64,000 nucleotides of DNA. Origin: Paraspadella gotoi (Eukaryota; Animalia; Chaetognatha). The notes under the pieces were generated by a model. That model saw nothing but the letters and a program-made list of their open reading frames with translations. It was not told the DNA's origin and did no database searches. The translations under genes were made by a program, and so were the position numbers. The DNA is taken from the NCBI GenBank assembly GCA_051294375.1, contig CM119264.1, forward strand, positions 3,409,810-3,473,809. The letters are read 5' to 3'. The first letter of the stretch is position 1, and every line of letters begins with the position of its first letter. Positions 49,376 through 63,109 of this stretch are shown one piece after another.

Positions 49376-49944
49376 ATGCGCAGAGAGGAATTTCTCATCT
49401 GTAATCGTCAAAAGACTTTTTTTAATCATCATTTCCTATGTAATGTGACAATTTACTCTATCGAACATTTTTTGGTCAGGCCATCTGTCGTTCGGTCTCA
49501 CCTTTTAAAAAGATTATAAATGATCTAATGATTAATTTCGTTTTCTGAAACCACTGCAGATAGGTAATAAAACTTAATATGTACATGTTTTCGAAATTTT
49601 ATATAATTATGTAGTCGCTTGATTATTTAAATTATAACACACATATTTTATAATATATATATTGGGGATGAGCATCGTTTCTAAACAACTCATTGTTTTA
49701 TATCAATTTGGAGCGTTCGATAGACAATTACAAACATTATCTACATCCATAATTTCATCATAATCCGACAATCCGTTCAAAAGTAATCGCCAAAAAGCAA
49801 TCGAAAAATCGCTCTTCAAACCGATCAACTTTCTAAAATGAGCTCGTTTTGATCCAACAAAGATTAGTACTATGCGTAGTACTAAGCTTTAGAACCGGCG
49901 CACATGGAGATCCTGGGCCTGAATTTTTCAGAAAAATCCCGTTC

Positions 49945-50204
49945 AGTAAAATTTTTTTTATTATATATATTAATTATAAAAATATTTTTTAAAAATTTAT
50001 CTTGAATATTAAAAAAATTTAAAACATAATTTTTTATATATTTTAAATAAATAAAATAAAATTATTTTATAATAAAAATATATATTACTTATCAGATTAT
50101 TAAAATAATAAATAAAATAATAATAAAATAATAAAATAAAAAATAATTATAATTAAAAAAAATAAAAAAATAAAAATAAAATATTTATATTTTATTTATT
50201 ATTA

Positions 50205-50244
<40 letters not shown>

Positions 50245-50545
50245 TATTAAAATAAAAAAAATAAATTTTTTTTTATTTATTATATTTAATATAATTTATG
50301 TATTTTATTAAAATTAAAATTTTATTTTAATTTTATATTTTTAATCATACCATAATAAAAAAAAAACTCGCAGTTTTAAAAAAATTAATTTATTGGTAAA
50401 ATATATTTTTTATATTAGTATATATACTTTTATATATAGTACTACTTTCTCAAATTGAATAAAAAAATTTATTTTTCAATACTATAATTATATTTATATA
50501 ATATTTAATATATTTATATAATATAAAAAATTAAAAATTTATTTT
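49945..50545. other. Extreme AT-only low-complexity tract
   Basis: About 600 bp with almost no G or C; may be read-derived noise. Confidence 0.7.
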
Positions 50546-51159
50546 TCTAGCATTTTGAACTCACAAGCAACACTGTCCGACGATTTTTATTTTTAATAAG
50601 TTTTTATTTGGACTTTTTTTAAATTTGCTTTATATTGAGAAAACGCTTTTGAATTAAGCCCGCGCTCTACCTGATTTGAATAGTAAAATCAATACATTTC
50701 GTCAATTGTGATCAAAATTGAAAAAACAATGAAGCTTGTACTATGCATTTTTCACCTAAAAAAACCAGTTTATTTGATTGCTTTATCAAGCAATTAAGAT
50801 TGCAAGAATTTTAATTTTGCTTTTTTCATCATGTAGAGAAGACATAAGGTTTCGGAAACTGTTACTAATATGTATGATTTGGTCTTTTTTACTCAAAGCC
50901 AGGAGGTTTTCTTAGAATAGGGAAAAAACGGCCTGACCAGTCCATTTAAATACCATTTTTGGGCATGATAAAATGGGAATTTCGATCGCGCTCTACCCTC
51001 CATTGGCCTTCCCAAGACGCCAAGCTTTCGAAAATCTGCCCATATTGACATAATTTGTTTTGGCCTTGACTATGCAGTTTTGAATAGAAGTGAAATATAA
51101 AGGAATCTTGATCGGAGCTTCGATTCGAACGGATGCCCTCATCTCTATATATATATATA

Positions 51160-51244
51160 TTCATTTCTGTCTTTAATCACTTAAAAATATAATTTATATA
51201 TATATTATTTAATATATATTTAAGTAATTAAAGACAGAAATGAA
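51160..51244. repeat. 85-bp hairpin (inverted repeat with ~30-bp arms)
   Basis: TTCATTTCTGTCTTTAATCACTTAAA versus TTTAAGTAATTAAAGACAGAAATGAA, one mismatch in 26 bp, AT-only loop. Confidence 0.85.
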
Positions 51245-51817
51245 GGGTAGTCTTCAATGTTCCTTCACACCAACATTTTGCAAAACTCTGGAAAATCTAT
51301 GAAATCTGACTTTATTGTACCCTAGTTTCAATCCTTCAAAAAAATACATCAGTTTACAATAACCTTTTTTTTTCCTTGGACTCCCTGTGAATAAATAAAC
51401 ATTTTTCTTCGCGCTTCACCCTTTCAATCTTCCACCCTACTTCACATTCATCCCAAACCCCCACCACAAATCCCACCCCAAGCCCAATAATCTTCCCACC
51501 TCCCACCTAATTTCCCACCCTAATCGTCCACTCTTCCCTTCTCGAACAGGGATTCCAGATTTCCCGCGCTCCGAATCAAAATCCACCGACAGATGGCCCA
51601 AGGTAATTTCTTTTTCTTTTTTCGACCCGGAGAACGCTACGACGACGACGACGACGACGAAGGTAACTTGAGAAAGATGATGACGATGAATAAAAATGAT
51701 GTCAACATTGACTAAGAAAATATCGTTAAAGACGAAACTGACGAAAAAGAAAACTTGAGATGATCACGAAGAAAAAAGTCATCAGGACAGAATGCATTGT
51801 GAACTTACCCAACTTAC

Positions 51818-51845
51818 CTTGGGGGAACGTTGAGCTTGATTACGT
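51818..51845 (-). CDS. Candidate 28-nt micro-exon
   Basis: Minus strand CACTCACCCTCAG|ACGTAATCAAGCTCAACGTTCCCCCAAG|GTAAGT, with a second GTAAGT 9 nt further on. Confidence 0.35.
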
Positions 51846-52679
51846 CTGAGGGTGAGTGATTTTATTTACTGATTGACAAGACGGTGATTTTCACATATTT
51901 TGTGAATCCAGAAAACCAATCTCTACAGTTTTTAGTTTTTAATTTTTATTTGATATAAGTCTGGGAGTTCAGTAGACTGTGAGAGTCTTGAATGAAAGCA
52001 TTCAGGCTCTTGTTATTGTTATTGTTTTTTTATTATCTTGTAAGAGGCATCGAGGCCTTAACATTAATAATATAAATAATAACTTAACCATAATAGCCTG
52101 TCTCACGTCAAGGCCAAATTGGATCATTATATTGCTTGTAAAATTTTATATGCTGTTTTTCGTAAAATTAACAAAATACTGGTCTACATTCATGTATGAC
52201 GCCCAGACGCTGAAAATTCCAAATATCCACGCAGCGGTTGATTCAAGGAAAACATTTATGATACCAGTCAAGGCTCAGTGGTTCCGAGGCGCCATGAGGC
52301 TGGAGTTCCATGGGGCTATGATTCCATGGTGCAAAAAAAGGACATCAGAAAGGACGAAAACTCTATCATAAAAATAACCGGTATTTCTAGTCGTTGGAGA
52401 AAATCTTAGAGATTTGACCAAAAATAAGGACGAAGGGAATTAGACGATGATTGGCTGAAAGAAAAACAAAAAAGAAAATCTATGAATCTTTAATCTCTAA
52501 TCTCTTTCTATCTTTTTAAATCTCTAAATTTGGCCATTTCTTCCCGTCTCTCTCTCTCTCTCTCTCTCTCTTCTCTGCTCTCTTCGTCGTCCTCTCTCAT
52601 CTCTCTTCTCTCCGGTCTTTCTCTCTCCGCTCTTTCTCAGCCGGAGATCGGCGCTGGTTTTGATGACCTGAGCGGACGT

Positions 52680-52768
<89 letters not shown>

Positions 52769-53715
52769 CCGTTGAGGTCGACAAAAATAATAAAAAAATT
52801 CCTCCGAGATCAAAAGGATTTGTCCTGCTTTTCATGCTTGTTCTGCTTGTTCTGCTTGTACTGCTTCTCATGCTTATCCTGCTGGTCCCTTGTGACCTGC
52901 TTTCACTGACGTTGTATTCACTAAAGTTCCTCACCGGTTCTCTAGTCATCAACTCACCTCTTCATCTGTGGAGCTTTTCATCTTCTCCACTCCTCCCCAT
53001 CTCCTAACCATCTGCAAACCATCTCCTCCCCATCTCTTTACCATCTACCCATTTCATAACCAACTGCAAACTATCTCCTCACCATATTTCACCATCCCCT
53101 CACCATTTCCTCCCCATTTCTTCACCATCTCCTCACCATCTGTACACCATCTCCTGTCAATCTCTTTCCCATCTCCTGATCATCTTCTCACCTTCGGAAC
53201 CTCCACCGATCCCGGTGGTCTCTTCGCCGGCGTCACTCGTCTCTCTTCGCCGATGAAGTCGGACGGATAATTTAGCGGTTCGGAGTTTTGAGAATTATTT
53301 ATTATTATAATTATTCATACTTAATTACTTCATAGATTTTTTCATAGATTTAATCTATTCACTTTAAAGTTAAAGAATTATTACTATTAAATGTAACCAA
53401 TGTAATGAGAAGTGGAAGTACCCCTTTAGGCTTTGCACTCGTTCACAGTCCCAGTCCATCCCGTTTCCAAGTCCCGGTCCCTTCCTTAATCCTCACCGTC
53501 GACAATTAAAATGGATTCACGTGACTCGACGACGACGACGAGAATCACATGGGCGTCATCGGCGTCTCTTTACCATTTCTTTACGATTAGTTTACGATGT
53601 TTGTTTACGGGGGGGAATCTCGCTGGAGGGCTCTGCAATCTGCACTCGCCAAAAATTCCTGTTTTACCTCCAACTTTCTTTTTTTCTCTTAGAGGAATTT
53701 CGTTTTGGGAAGAAT

Positions 53716-53900
53716 ATCTTTGATTGTGATTGGTTGATCTTTGATTGTGATTGGTTGATCTTTGATTGTGATTGGTTGATCTTTGATTGTGAATGGTTGA
53801 TCTTTGATTGTGATTGGTTGATCTTTGATTGTGAATGGTTGATATTTGATTGTGAATGGTCGATCTTTGATTGTGATTGGTTGATCTTTAATTGTGATCT
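53716..53900. repeat. 21-bp minisatellite TCTTTGATTGTGATTGGTTGA, ~8.5 units
   Basis: Direct reading; two variants (GATTGG / GAATGG). Confidence 0.95.
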
Positions 53901-54053
53901 TTGATCATTTTTATTGAATGATTTAATACTGAATAATTCAGGTTTTACTAATCTTGTATAAATTATGTATAAAAACAAACTTTTGTAAAGCAACGTTTGA
54001 TTTTAGACATTACATTTTTTATCACCTTTCACTTAACCATTCTTGTTATGTTT

Positions 54054-54223
54054 ACTTCGCCTTTCACTTTGCCCTTGCACTTTGCCTTGCACTTCGCCTT
54101 TCACTTCGCCTTGCACTTCGCCTTCACTCGCCTTTCACTTCGCCCTTCACTTCGCCTTGCACTCGCCTTTCACTTCGCCTTTCACTTCGCCTTTGCACTT
54201 CGCCTTTCACTTCGCCTTTCACT
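54054..54223. repeat. 11-12-bp minisatellite CACTTCGCCTT(T/G), ~14 units
   Basis: Direct reading. Confidence 0.92.
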
Positions 54224-54377
54224 TGGCTAAATCATCTACATCAGTCTCTGTCCCTCCCTTCAAGTAATGACCACCGCCGCTGTGACAAACGACAACAACA
54301 ACAACAACGACGACAAAAACAACTACGGACCACTTGCCGGTCACATGTGACAAATAAAATCTCTCTCTCTCTCTTTC

Positions 54378-54480
<103 letters not shown>

Positions 54481-54866
54481 GCTTTTCATACAGGAAAGCG
54501 AAACAAGAAATAAACAAGAAATAAAGTATTTCTTTCATCTAATACTAGCGTTTTTTTCGTTTATTAATCCTTAGATTAGAAACGACTTAATACTTAGCAA
54601 TATTTGTAATAGGATTTATATTTCTCTAATTCCGCCAAGAAAACCAAAAATTTTATCTTATTTTACTTCGAAAAGAAAATGTATTTTCGCCGATAATGTC
54701 GTTGTGCGAGAGAACTAGTTGAAAAAAATGGGAGAGGGTGAAAAAAAGAAGAAATGCTTTTTGGCTTGGGAGTTCATTTTTTCCCTCGGTTTTTCTGCCA
54801 CCTTCTTATCTCGATAGAACAGACTTTAATTTCATTGCAACAATTCGATTACATCCTTATTTTTTG

Positions 54867-54902
<36 letters not shown>

Positions 54903-56679
54903 TTGGGGAAACGAAAACCCGAACTTTGCGCGAGGAAATGAAATTTACGAGATGAAAATTATTTCAAATTACGTTAAAATTTGGACACAAAGGTTGACCT
55001 TTAAAAACTAAGAAAAATGATCAAATTGTTAACCCTGAACACAAAATCGCTAGATGGAATTATGAAAAAAAGGTAAAAAGCTTGTGATTGAATTTGAAGT
55101 CGTCGTTGTTGTCGTCGTCGTTGTTGTTGTCGTCGTCTTTGTTAAAGTTGATGTTGTTAACTCCGTGGGCGTCTTTGATTCGTAATTGTCAGTTTTTTTC
55201 GTCGTCGTCGTCGTCGTCGTCCTCATGGTCGTAGTCGTGTCAAGTCCTACGATTGTCATCTTAAACGCCACCTACGCCATCTGAAAACAATAGAACATTC
55301 AGACAACCGAACAAGAGGTCGCTGAGGTTCCAGTTATTTTTTCTCCTCAAATTCTCGTCAAATTTTTTCTGGCAGATTTTTTTTTTTTTTGGCTTCACCT
55401 TTCACGATCGATGTTTTCGTTTCTTTCTCCCTGAGGATTTTCTTTCTTTTCTTTCCTCTACTTTTCTTTCTTTTCCTTCCTCTACCCAGCTTTTCTTTTT
55501 TCCTTTCCTCTAGTTTTTATTTCTTTTCTTTCCTCTACCCAGCTTTTCTTCTTTCCTTTCCTCTACCTTTTCTTTCTTTTCTTTCCTCTACCCAGATTTT
55601 CTACTTTTCTTTCCCCTACTTTTTGTTTCTTTTCTTTCCTTTTTTTTTCTTTCTTTTCTTTCCTCTACCTTTTTTCTTCTTTCCTTTCCTCTACTTTTCT
55701 TTCTTTTCTTTCCTCCATCCTTTAACTTTTACTCTTCCTTCTCATTCCCGTTTCTCTCCTCTTATTTTTATGTCAACCGAACTTTCTTCTCTCCATCTCG
55801 ATTCATCCTTTCCTTTCCATCAGTCTCCTAACCTCTCTTTTTCCTTCCTCTCTCCCCTCTCTTCTCTCCCCTCTCTCCTCTCCCCTCTCTCCTGTCGGGA
55901 GACGCTCAAAAGAAAAGAGAATCGACTCAGCAGAAATTTGGAAGAATTTTTTATGCGAAGTTCTCCTTCTTATTTTTCTTCTTTTAATTCTTTTCTCTCC
56001 TTCCATTTTTTCTTCTTCCTTTAATTCTTTTCTCTCCTTCCTCTTTTTCTCTCCTTCTTCTTTTTCTTTCGAGTCGGGACGAGAGCAAGGCCCAAGATGC
56101 GACTTTTTTTAAGGGGAGAGTGAACTGGTGAGGATTGAGAATTAAGGGGAGTCAAGGTTTAATTGTAAGAAAGAAATGATAAAATAAGAAGAAAGAATTA
56201 AGTTGGGGTTGATACATACTAGTTAAAAGTCGAGAATTTTATTATTCAATAAAAAGATAAAAGAATAACATGCCAGCTTTTGAAAAAAAAAATTTAAAAA
56301 CGAAGTGTGGCTCGCGACTCACGAGCCTTTGAGCCTTTGAGGGTTAATTTTAAAGTATATTGGTTATTCATTGAAAAAACTTTAAATGTATGTATTCTGC
56401 TTGTAAATATTCAAAGTTAGCGAAAAGAACCCCGGTTAACAATTCAAGTTGGTTAAAAAGTTTAAAAGCAAAAACGCGAAAACGAGAGAGAGAGAGATGC
56501 GAGAAGAAGAGCGAGGACGGCAGGAAGGGAGGCGACAGAGAAGTAGGGTATGGGGGGGGAGCAGAGAAAGCGAGAGAGAGAGGAGAGAAGAGGGAGAGAG
56601 ATAGAACGAGAGAGAGAGAAGAGAGGGGAAGAGAGAGAGAGAGAGAGAGAGAAGAGAGAGAGAAGAGAGAGAGAGAGGG

Positions 56680-56719
<40 letters not shown>

Positions 56720-57717
56720 TAATTCGGTTGCGATGATGCGAAGAACGATGCAAGAATACCATGAATGGTGTTTCGCGTCGATTACAACAATCTCTTCTTC
56801 TCTCTCTCTCTCTTTGTCTCTCTCTTTGCTCTCTCCTCTTCTCTCTCTTTCTCTCTCTTGTCTCTCTCTTCTCTACTCTCTTCTCTCTCTCTACTCTCTC
56901 TCTCTTTCTCACTTTTTCTCTCTCGTTCTCTCTTTCTTCTCTCTCTCTCTCTCTCCTACCATTCCCCCAAAGTCTTACTTTTTGGCACAGAGGGTCGATG
57001 CCATCGAGGTCAAACGTTTAAAGATGAATGTTTGCATTTTAAAAAAAAACTCGGAAGCGTTTGAAGGCGAGTTGCTCAGTGGCTGGTTCTGATAAGACTT
57101 TTGGCATCTGTTGTCTATCAATATTTATGTTTGGGCTTTGGATCAAATTAAATTTTAAACATTCAGAGCGATTTTTTTTTTTATGGGTTTCTTCGTTGAA
57201 ATGTTTCGTTTTTTCTATCTTTCTATCTTTCGTTCTTTTATTTATTTTCTTCTTTCTTCTTTTTCCTTTTCCTTCTTTTCTTTGCTATCTCTTTATCTTT
57301 CTTTCTTTCTTTCTTTATTTTTATTCTTTCATTTTTTTCTTTCTTCCTTTCTTTCTTTATTTCATTATATCTTTCTATCTTTCGTTTTTCTATCTATCTT
57401 TTTTCTTTCTTTCCTTCTTTCTTTCTTTTTCTCTATCTTTCTTTCTTTCATTTCATTCTCCTGCTTTTTCCTTTTCCAATTCCTCTATTTCATATTTTTC
57501 TTTCCTCATTTCTTTCTCAATCTTTTTCTGTCCTAGATTTCCAATTCGCTTTCATCTTTTTCGACTTTAAAACTTTCACGCGCGAAATTCAACTGCGTCT
57601 CTCGTCAATCAATTGAAGCGTGAATCGTCGCGTCGTCGTCGTCGTCGTCGTCGTCACTATCGTCTTCATTGTCGTCATCGGCATTCTCTCCACGGCGAAT
57701 ATTCGCTTCACTCGTCG

Positions 57718-57792
<75 letters not shown>

Positions 57793-58460
57793 CTCTCTCT
57801 CTCGTCATATCTATTTTGCTCGGATTTTTTTTTTACTCTCTCCTCTGTTCGCTTGACCCGTCAACCCATGAGCCATGAGCCCATAGTGAGCCCGACCAAA
57901 GTGACCATAGTGACCCCGAAATTTTAGAATCCGCTTATATCCTGATCCTTTTTGTTAATCACGAAATCATTATTTTCCTAACTTTTTCGATTAAAATTCT
58001 TTTTGAGTATGTCCTACTTATTTTTTGAAGAAAAGAATATTCGATCTCACTATTTTACGGTAAAATATTTTATACATAATATTAATTAAGTTTTTCCTTT
58101 ATACTACCCAGTTTGTTTATTATTACATTTAATATGATCACCGTGAGAGAGTCCTGAGCCATGTGTATCGGTTGTACCGAGTTTATCTAATTTAACACTA
58201 TAATAGCATTTAGTGTATTTTTCCTTTTTTAGCTCTAATGCAGAATGACGATATTTTATTTTATTATTTGAAATTTATTTTTTAATCAGAATAATCAGTA
58301 AATTTGAAAAATCATTTTTAAAATGTCATGAATCATTGAGGAGGCGGCGGCGGCGGCGGCGCGGCGGCGGCGGCGGCGGTGATTAAGGTGATCACTGAGC
58401 AGAGTGAATAAAGGGTCGATGAACCGAATTCTCCTGCGTGACCATCTATATCCAGGTACG

Positions 58461-58547
<87 letters not shown>

Positions 58548-58651
58548 ACAATCGTTCTCGCGGCCTACATCGAAATCAGACATAAACATTCGTATTTTTC
58601 ATTCGAAACATTGCTAAGACAACCGACGGACGAGAGAGAGAGAAGAAGAGA

Positions 58652-58695
<44 letters not shown>

Positions 58696-58937
58696 AGAGA
58701 GACAGAGAGCAGCGAGACGCATAAACATTTTAACCCTTTTTTTTTCTTTTTTATTTTCTAAGAAAAAAAAGTAGTTATATCCCGCCCGACGAGGAAATGT
58801 AAAAGCAGTTCGACGCTAACTCGAAAAATAACCCGATTGAACTATGATTTAAGGCGCGTCAATAAAAAAAATTTATTAAGTTTATAAAAAGTCGAAACGC
58901 GGGAGCGTGAGACAGAGATGGAGGAGAGAGAGAGAAG

Positions 58938-58988
<51 letters not shown>

Positions 58989-59077
58989 GAGAGAGACAGA
59001 GAGACGCGGTGCGTTTCTTCTCTTCCGTCAAATGAGGCAAAATCGAGTCAGTCGTAATTTTTGTTTGCGCCGAGGTA

Positions 59078-59876
59078 CACCTATTTATAAGTAATTTTTC
59101 GATCGGTCTGTCGGTCGTCCGTCGTATGTCTGTCGTCCGGTCTGTCCCACTTAAGTTTAAAATGTATATAATTTGCCTATAGTTGGTTGCTCATTTGTTA
59201 AGACAGGAAAAAACCTCAAATCTAGAGACTGCTAGCGCCGCCTTAGGAATTCCTAAAACTATCAGGAATAAAAAGACAGAATTTTGATGCGGTGCATGTC
59301 TTAGATAGACAAGAAAGATTTTTAGTTATTTATCATGTTAGGTCAAGTGATCAAAGAAAAAAATTTTAAAAATAAATAAAAAATAAAAAATGAAATAAAA
59401 AAATGATGATAAAATAAGATTACTGCGGCGCAACACCATTGAATTACCGTTCTTGTTTGATCTTTAGTATTAAAAACACCAAGGAAATTAGGACATCAAA
59501 TATGATATGTTTACAAATTAAATTATTTCACGATTCTTCTGTACTTATTGGATCAAGATAAAGATAAGATGTCGTACAACAACTTTGGGATTCAATAATA
59601 ATGTCAAATTTGAGCTCTACACGGTAAAACAGCACGTCATGAGGTTTAATTACATTTTTTCTAGTACCAACGGCTAGGAATAATTTTTTGGTACAGATTT
59701 TAGGTGCAGATAAGTACAGAATTGCGAAATGATGAGCTGGCAGATTGTATTCAGTAATACAATAGTACGCGATTTAATGCTTAATATCATAATATTTCCA
59801 AAGTCTACTCTATTAACCCTAATAAATGTTAAATGTTAAGTTAACTACTTAAGTGGTGAGTAGGACTTGGCCTTGT
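59078..59876 (+). mobile_element. Degenerate DINE-1/HINE-like non-autonomous element (~800 bp)
   Basis: T-run start, GCCGAGGTACACCT versus terminal AGTAGGACTTGGC (degenerate inverted ends), (GTCT/GTCC/GTCG)-like microsatellite at 59105-59147, and a second inverted pair CCACTTAAGT (59147) / ACTTAAGTGG (59847). Confidence 0.45.
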
Positions 59877-60286
59877 TATTAATTTTGTGAGACGAATGGT
59901 GAATTTAATCCAAGGAGAACTCTCTCTCCTCTCTCCTCCACCGAATGGAGTGAATGTACAATTTTCACGAAGTTTGAACTCAATTTCTAATTCGGGAGCG
60001 GACTGAATAAAATCCTATCCTAATTGGTTTTTTTATGATATTAAAAGATTAGTCCCGTCATTAGATTTTAGGGTCATTTATCATCCATTATTGACTTAGC
60101 TCGCGTTGCGTTTTTGAATGTTGATGGCGAATTGCACTCGGCTCAACCAATACGCCACACATTATTAGACCGACTCCAACTCGTCCACTCTGCACTTGCA
60201 TCCATTGCAATACGCATCACTTTCACTCCTCTACAATCACCCCCACTATTTGCTTCGATCACTCCACTCAACAGATCTATCTAATT

Positions 60287-60405
60287 CGGCGGCGGCGGCG
60301 GCGGCGGCGCGGCGGCGCGGTGGCGGCGCGTGCGGCGGGGCGGCGGCGGCGACGGAGGCGGCGGCGGGGGAGCGGCGGCGGCGGCGGCGCGGCGCGGCGG
60401 CGGCG
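60287..60405. repeat. (GCG)n trinucleotide tract (a shorter one at 58343-58379)
   Basis: Direct reading. Confidence 0.9.
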
Positions 60406-60468
60406 ATTGCGACTCTCAACCAACAGAACCAGATTTTTTTTATATCAACACAACCCATAGGAGTAGTT

Positions 60469-60548
<80 letters not shown>

Positions 60549-60635
60549 GTCGGTTTTTCTAAAGGATGTTTGGACTTGAAAAAATTATTTGTAGAGAGCG
60601 TGCAGTAGTGAGCGAGAGATAGAGCATAGCGAGAG

Positions 60636-60719
<84 letters not shown>

Positions 60720-60833
60720 AGAAGAGATCGTCCGGGGCGTTGCAGAGAGAGAGGGGCGTAGAAAGTCTTCAGCCGAAAGGAGAAACGGAAGAATTTAAAA
60801 ACCTCGATGATCAGCATGCAATCATCAATCATC

Positions 60834-60893
<60 letters not shown>

Positions 60894-61432
60894 GTCCCGA
60901 CGACCGAAAACCGAAAATCACCGGAAGTCGAGGCTTGGTTGGTGACGGGCTGAAAGTTGGGTGGGGACGGGCTGAGGGTCACGTGAGGGTGGGGAGTGTG
61001 TGAGGGTGAAGTGTGTGAGGTGAAGTGGTTTGTGGGGGTAAGGTGGTTTGTAGGTGGGAGGTGGTTTGTAGGGGGGAGGTGAGATCGTGTCTCTTTCTTC
61101 GTGCGACGTTGATAACAAATTCGATCTAATTTACTTCATTTTAATTCGGAATAAATTTGGGCGTTTTTTGTTTTTTGTTTTTTGTTGTTTTTTTGTTTTT
61201 TTGTTGTTTATATTTGTTCTCGGACCAAAGTATAATTTCATCGTTTTCAAATGAGAGGGACCGATTTGATTAAAGGGGAGGTAACGCATAGAGGTTGAAA
61301 ATATTTATACCGAATAATAATTATGACAAATGAAAGTTTAAAAAGAGTAATTGTCGGGGAGGAATGAGTGTTCGGACGAAATAATGATTGGATAAATTGA
61401 CTAGTGTATCCCTTAGAAATATATTTTGCTAA

Positions 61433-61542
<110 letters not shown>

Positions 61543-62097
61543 ATCGATTCAAAACTAAATGGCGAACGAGTGCATCAAAAGTAAAAACGAGAATTTGATA
61601 GAAAAAACAAAAGATAAAAATTTAATCGTTTTGAGTAAAAAATCTTGGCAAAGACTTTCCTCACTTTAAGAGGCATCGAAAGTAAACTCCATAATTAAAA
61701 ATAATAAAAAAAAAATATTTTTACTTTAAAGTAGAAATTCTTTTTACTCTTTACTAAATATATTTTCGAGTTTCTTGAACCTTAGACTAGATTTACGCCT
61801 CTTTTTTACGGGGAATTTTATTTCGGAGCCAAAATTAAATCTTTTTTTCTTCGACGATCGAATTATTTTCGTGGGTTGTTGTTGTTGTTGTTGTTTTTGC
61901 GGTTGTTGTTTTTATGTTGTTATTGTTATTGTTGTTGTTTTTGTTTTTGTTGTTTCGCCCAGAAAAGCCGGGTTAAAGTAAAAAATCATTTTACTGTGAA
62001 TCGAAATCCAAAAAGGAAAAAAAGTAAACAAAGGTGTTTTTGGTGTTTTGTGATTTGGCGGGAACCGAATGGCTTGACAAGTCTGCGGTCGAGAACC

Positions 62098-62128
<31 letters not shown>

Positions 62129-63063
62129 CGACAGAGTGCAATTGTGGGGAGTGGTCCGACTTCGAAGCTTTTGATAACCTAAAACTGAGACCAAAAAAAT
62201 TAATTATTAATTATCTCTTCGTTCTTCGTCTGAAAAACTAAAGCGAACATCAAAGTCTTAATGAGACTCTTCTTTCTCTATTCTACTTAACCCTTTACTG
62301 CGACCCTTTTTTTTCTAACTTACCTTTATTTAAACCTTAACTTACCTCAACTTCATCCTCAACTTCAACCTCAATTTAATTCTCGCTCAACCTCAACTTT
62401 ATTCTTTTCTCTTTTTTTGTCCTTTTCTTGTTTTCAACTCATTTCGTTTTATGATTGTTTTTGTTTTGAACTCATCACTTTATTTCTTTCTTGTTTTGTT
62501 TGTTTGTTTTTTTTTGTGTTTTTTTATCGCATTGGAGTCGTTAGTGTTTTTTTGTTTTTCTTCTTTTGTTTTGTTTTTATGATTTTCGCCTGAGAAACTA
62601 AAGTTTAGTGAGTTCCGCTCAGACGTCCAGACTTAGCGAACTAAGTATTGACCTTTATTTCTTTTTGTTATTATAAAAAAATGATTATTTTTCTTTCAAG
62701 TGTTTATGATTACAGATTGTGTCTCAAGATATTCGTAGAATATTTTTTGGGCCAATTTTTGTTTCGTTTTTGTTTTTAGTTAAAGGTCATTTTATATTAG
62801 GAATCCCACGTTTTTTAAAAAGAGGGAAAACAATTCTTGTGCAGTATTTTTGTATTGTTAAACTTTTTTTACTAATGTTGTTGTTTTGATAATGAAATCA
62901 TTTTTAATTGCGCCGATCAAAAAAAACAAACAAAAAACGGTGAGAGATAAAAGCCGCGATTTAAATTCGAATATAAAAAGATAAAATATTAAAAAAGTAC
63001 GATGATTAATTTCCTTCAATTTTTCTAGTTAAAATGATAAACCTTGGCTACCGCTGCGGGTTA

Positions 63064-63109
<46 letters not shown>

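Noticed and set aside
51593-51662. Plus-strand start exon ATGGCCCAAG|GT plus a second exon giving MAQERYDDDDDDEG
   Set aside because: Requires a 30-nt intron, while the supported introns here are over 120 nt, and the second exon is mostly (GAC)n.
51818-51845. DVIKLNVPP as the start of a BTB/T1 domain (VxLNVGG)
   Set aside because: The diagnostic GG is absent and no continuation is found.
51979-52371. 130-aa non-repetitive ORF
   Set aside because: GTG start, AT-rich, no splice signals or recognisable motif; within chance length.
55389-57570. Long Phe/Leu/Ser-rich ORFs resembling membrane or mitochondrial proteins
   Set aside because: Translations of (TTTC)n/(CT)n low-complexity DNA with no conserved residues.
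62060-62180. Thr-rich stretch followed by CNCGEWSDF, resembling mucin plus TSP1
   Set aside because: The Thr run is a (GAC)n microsatellite and the rest of the TSP1 pattern (CSxTCG, RxR) is missing.
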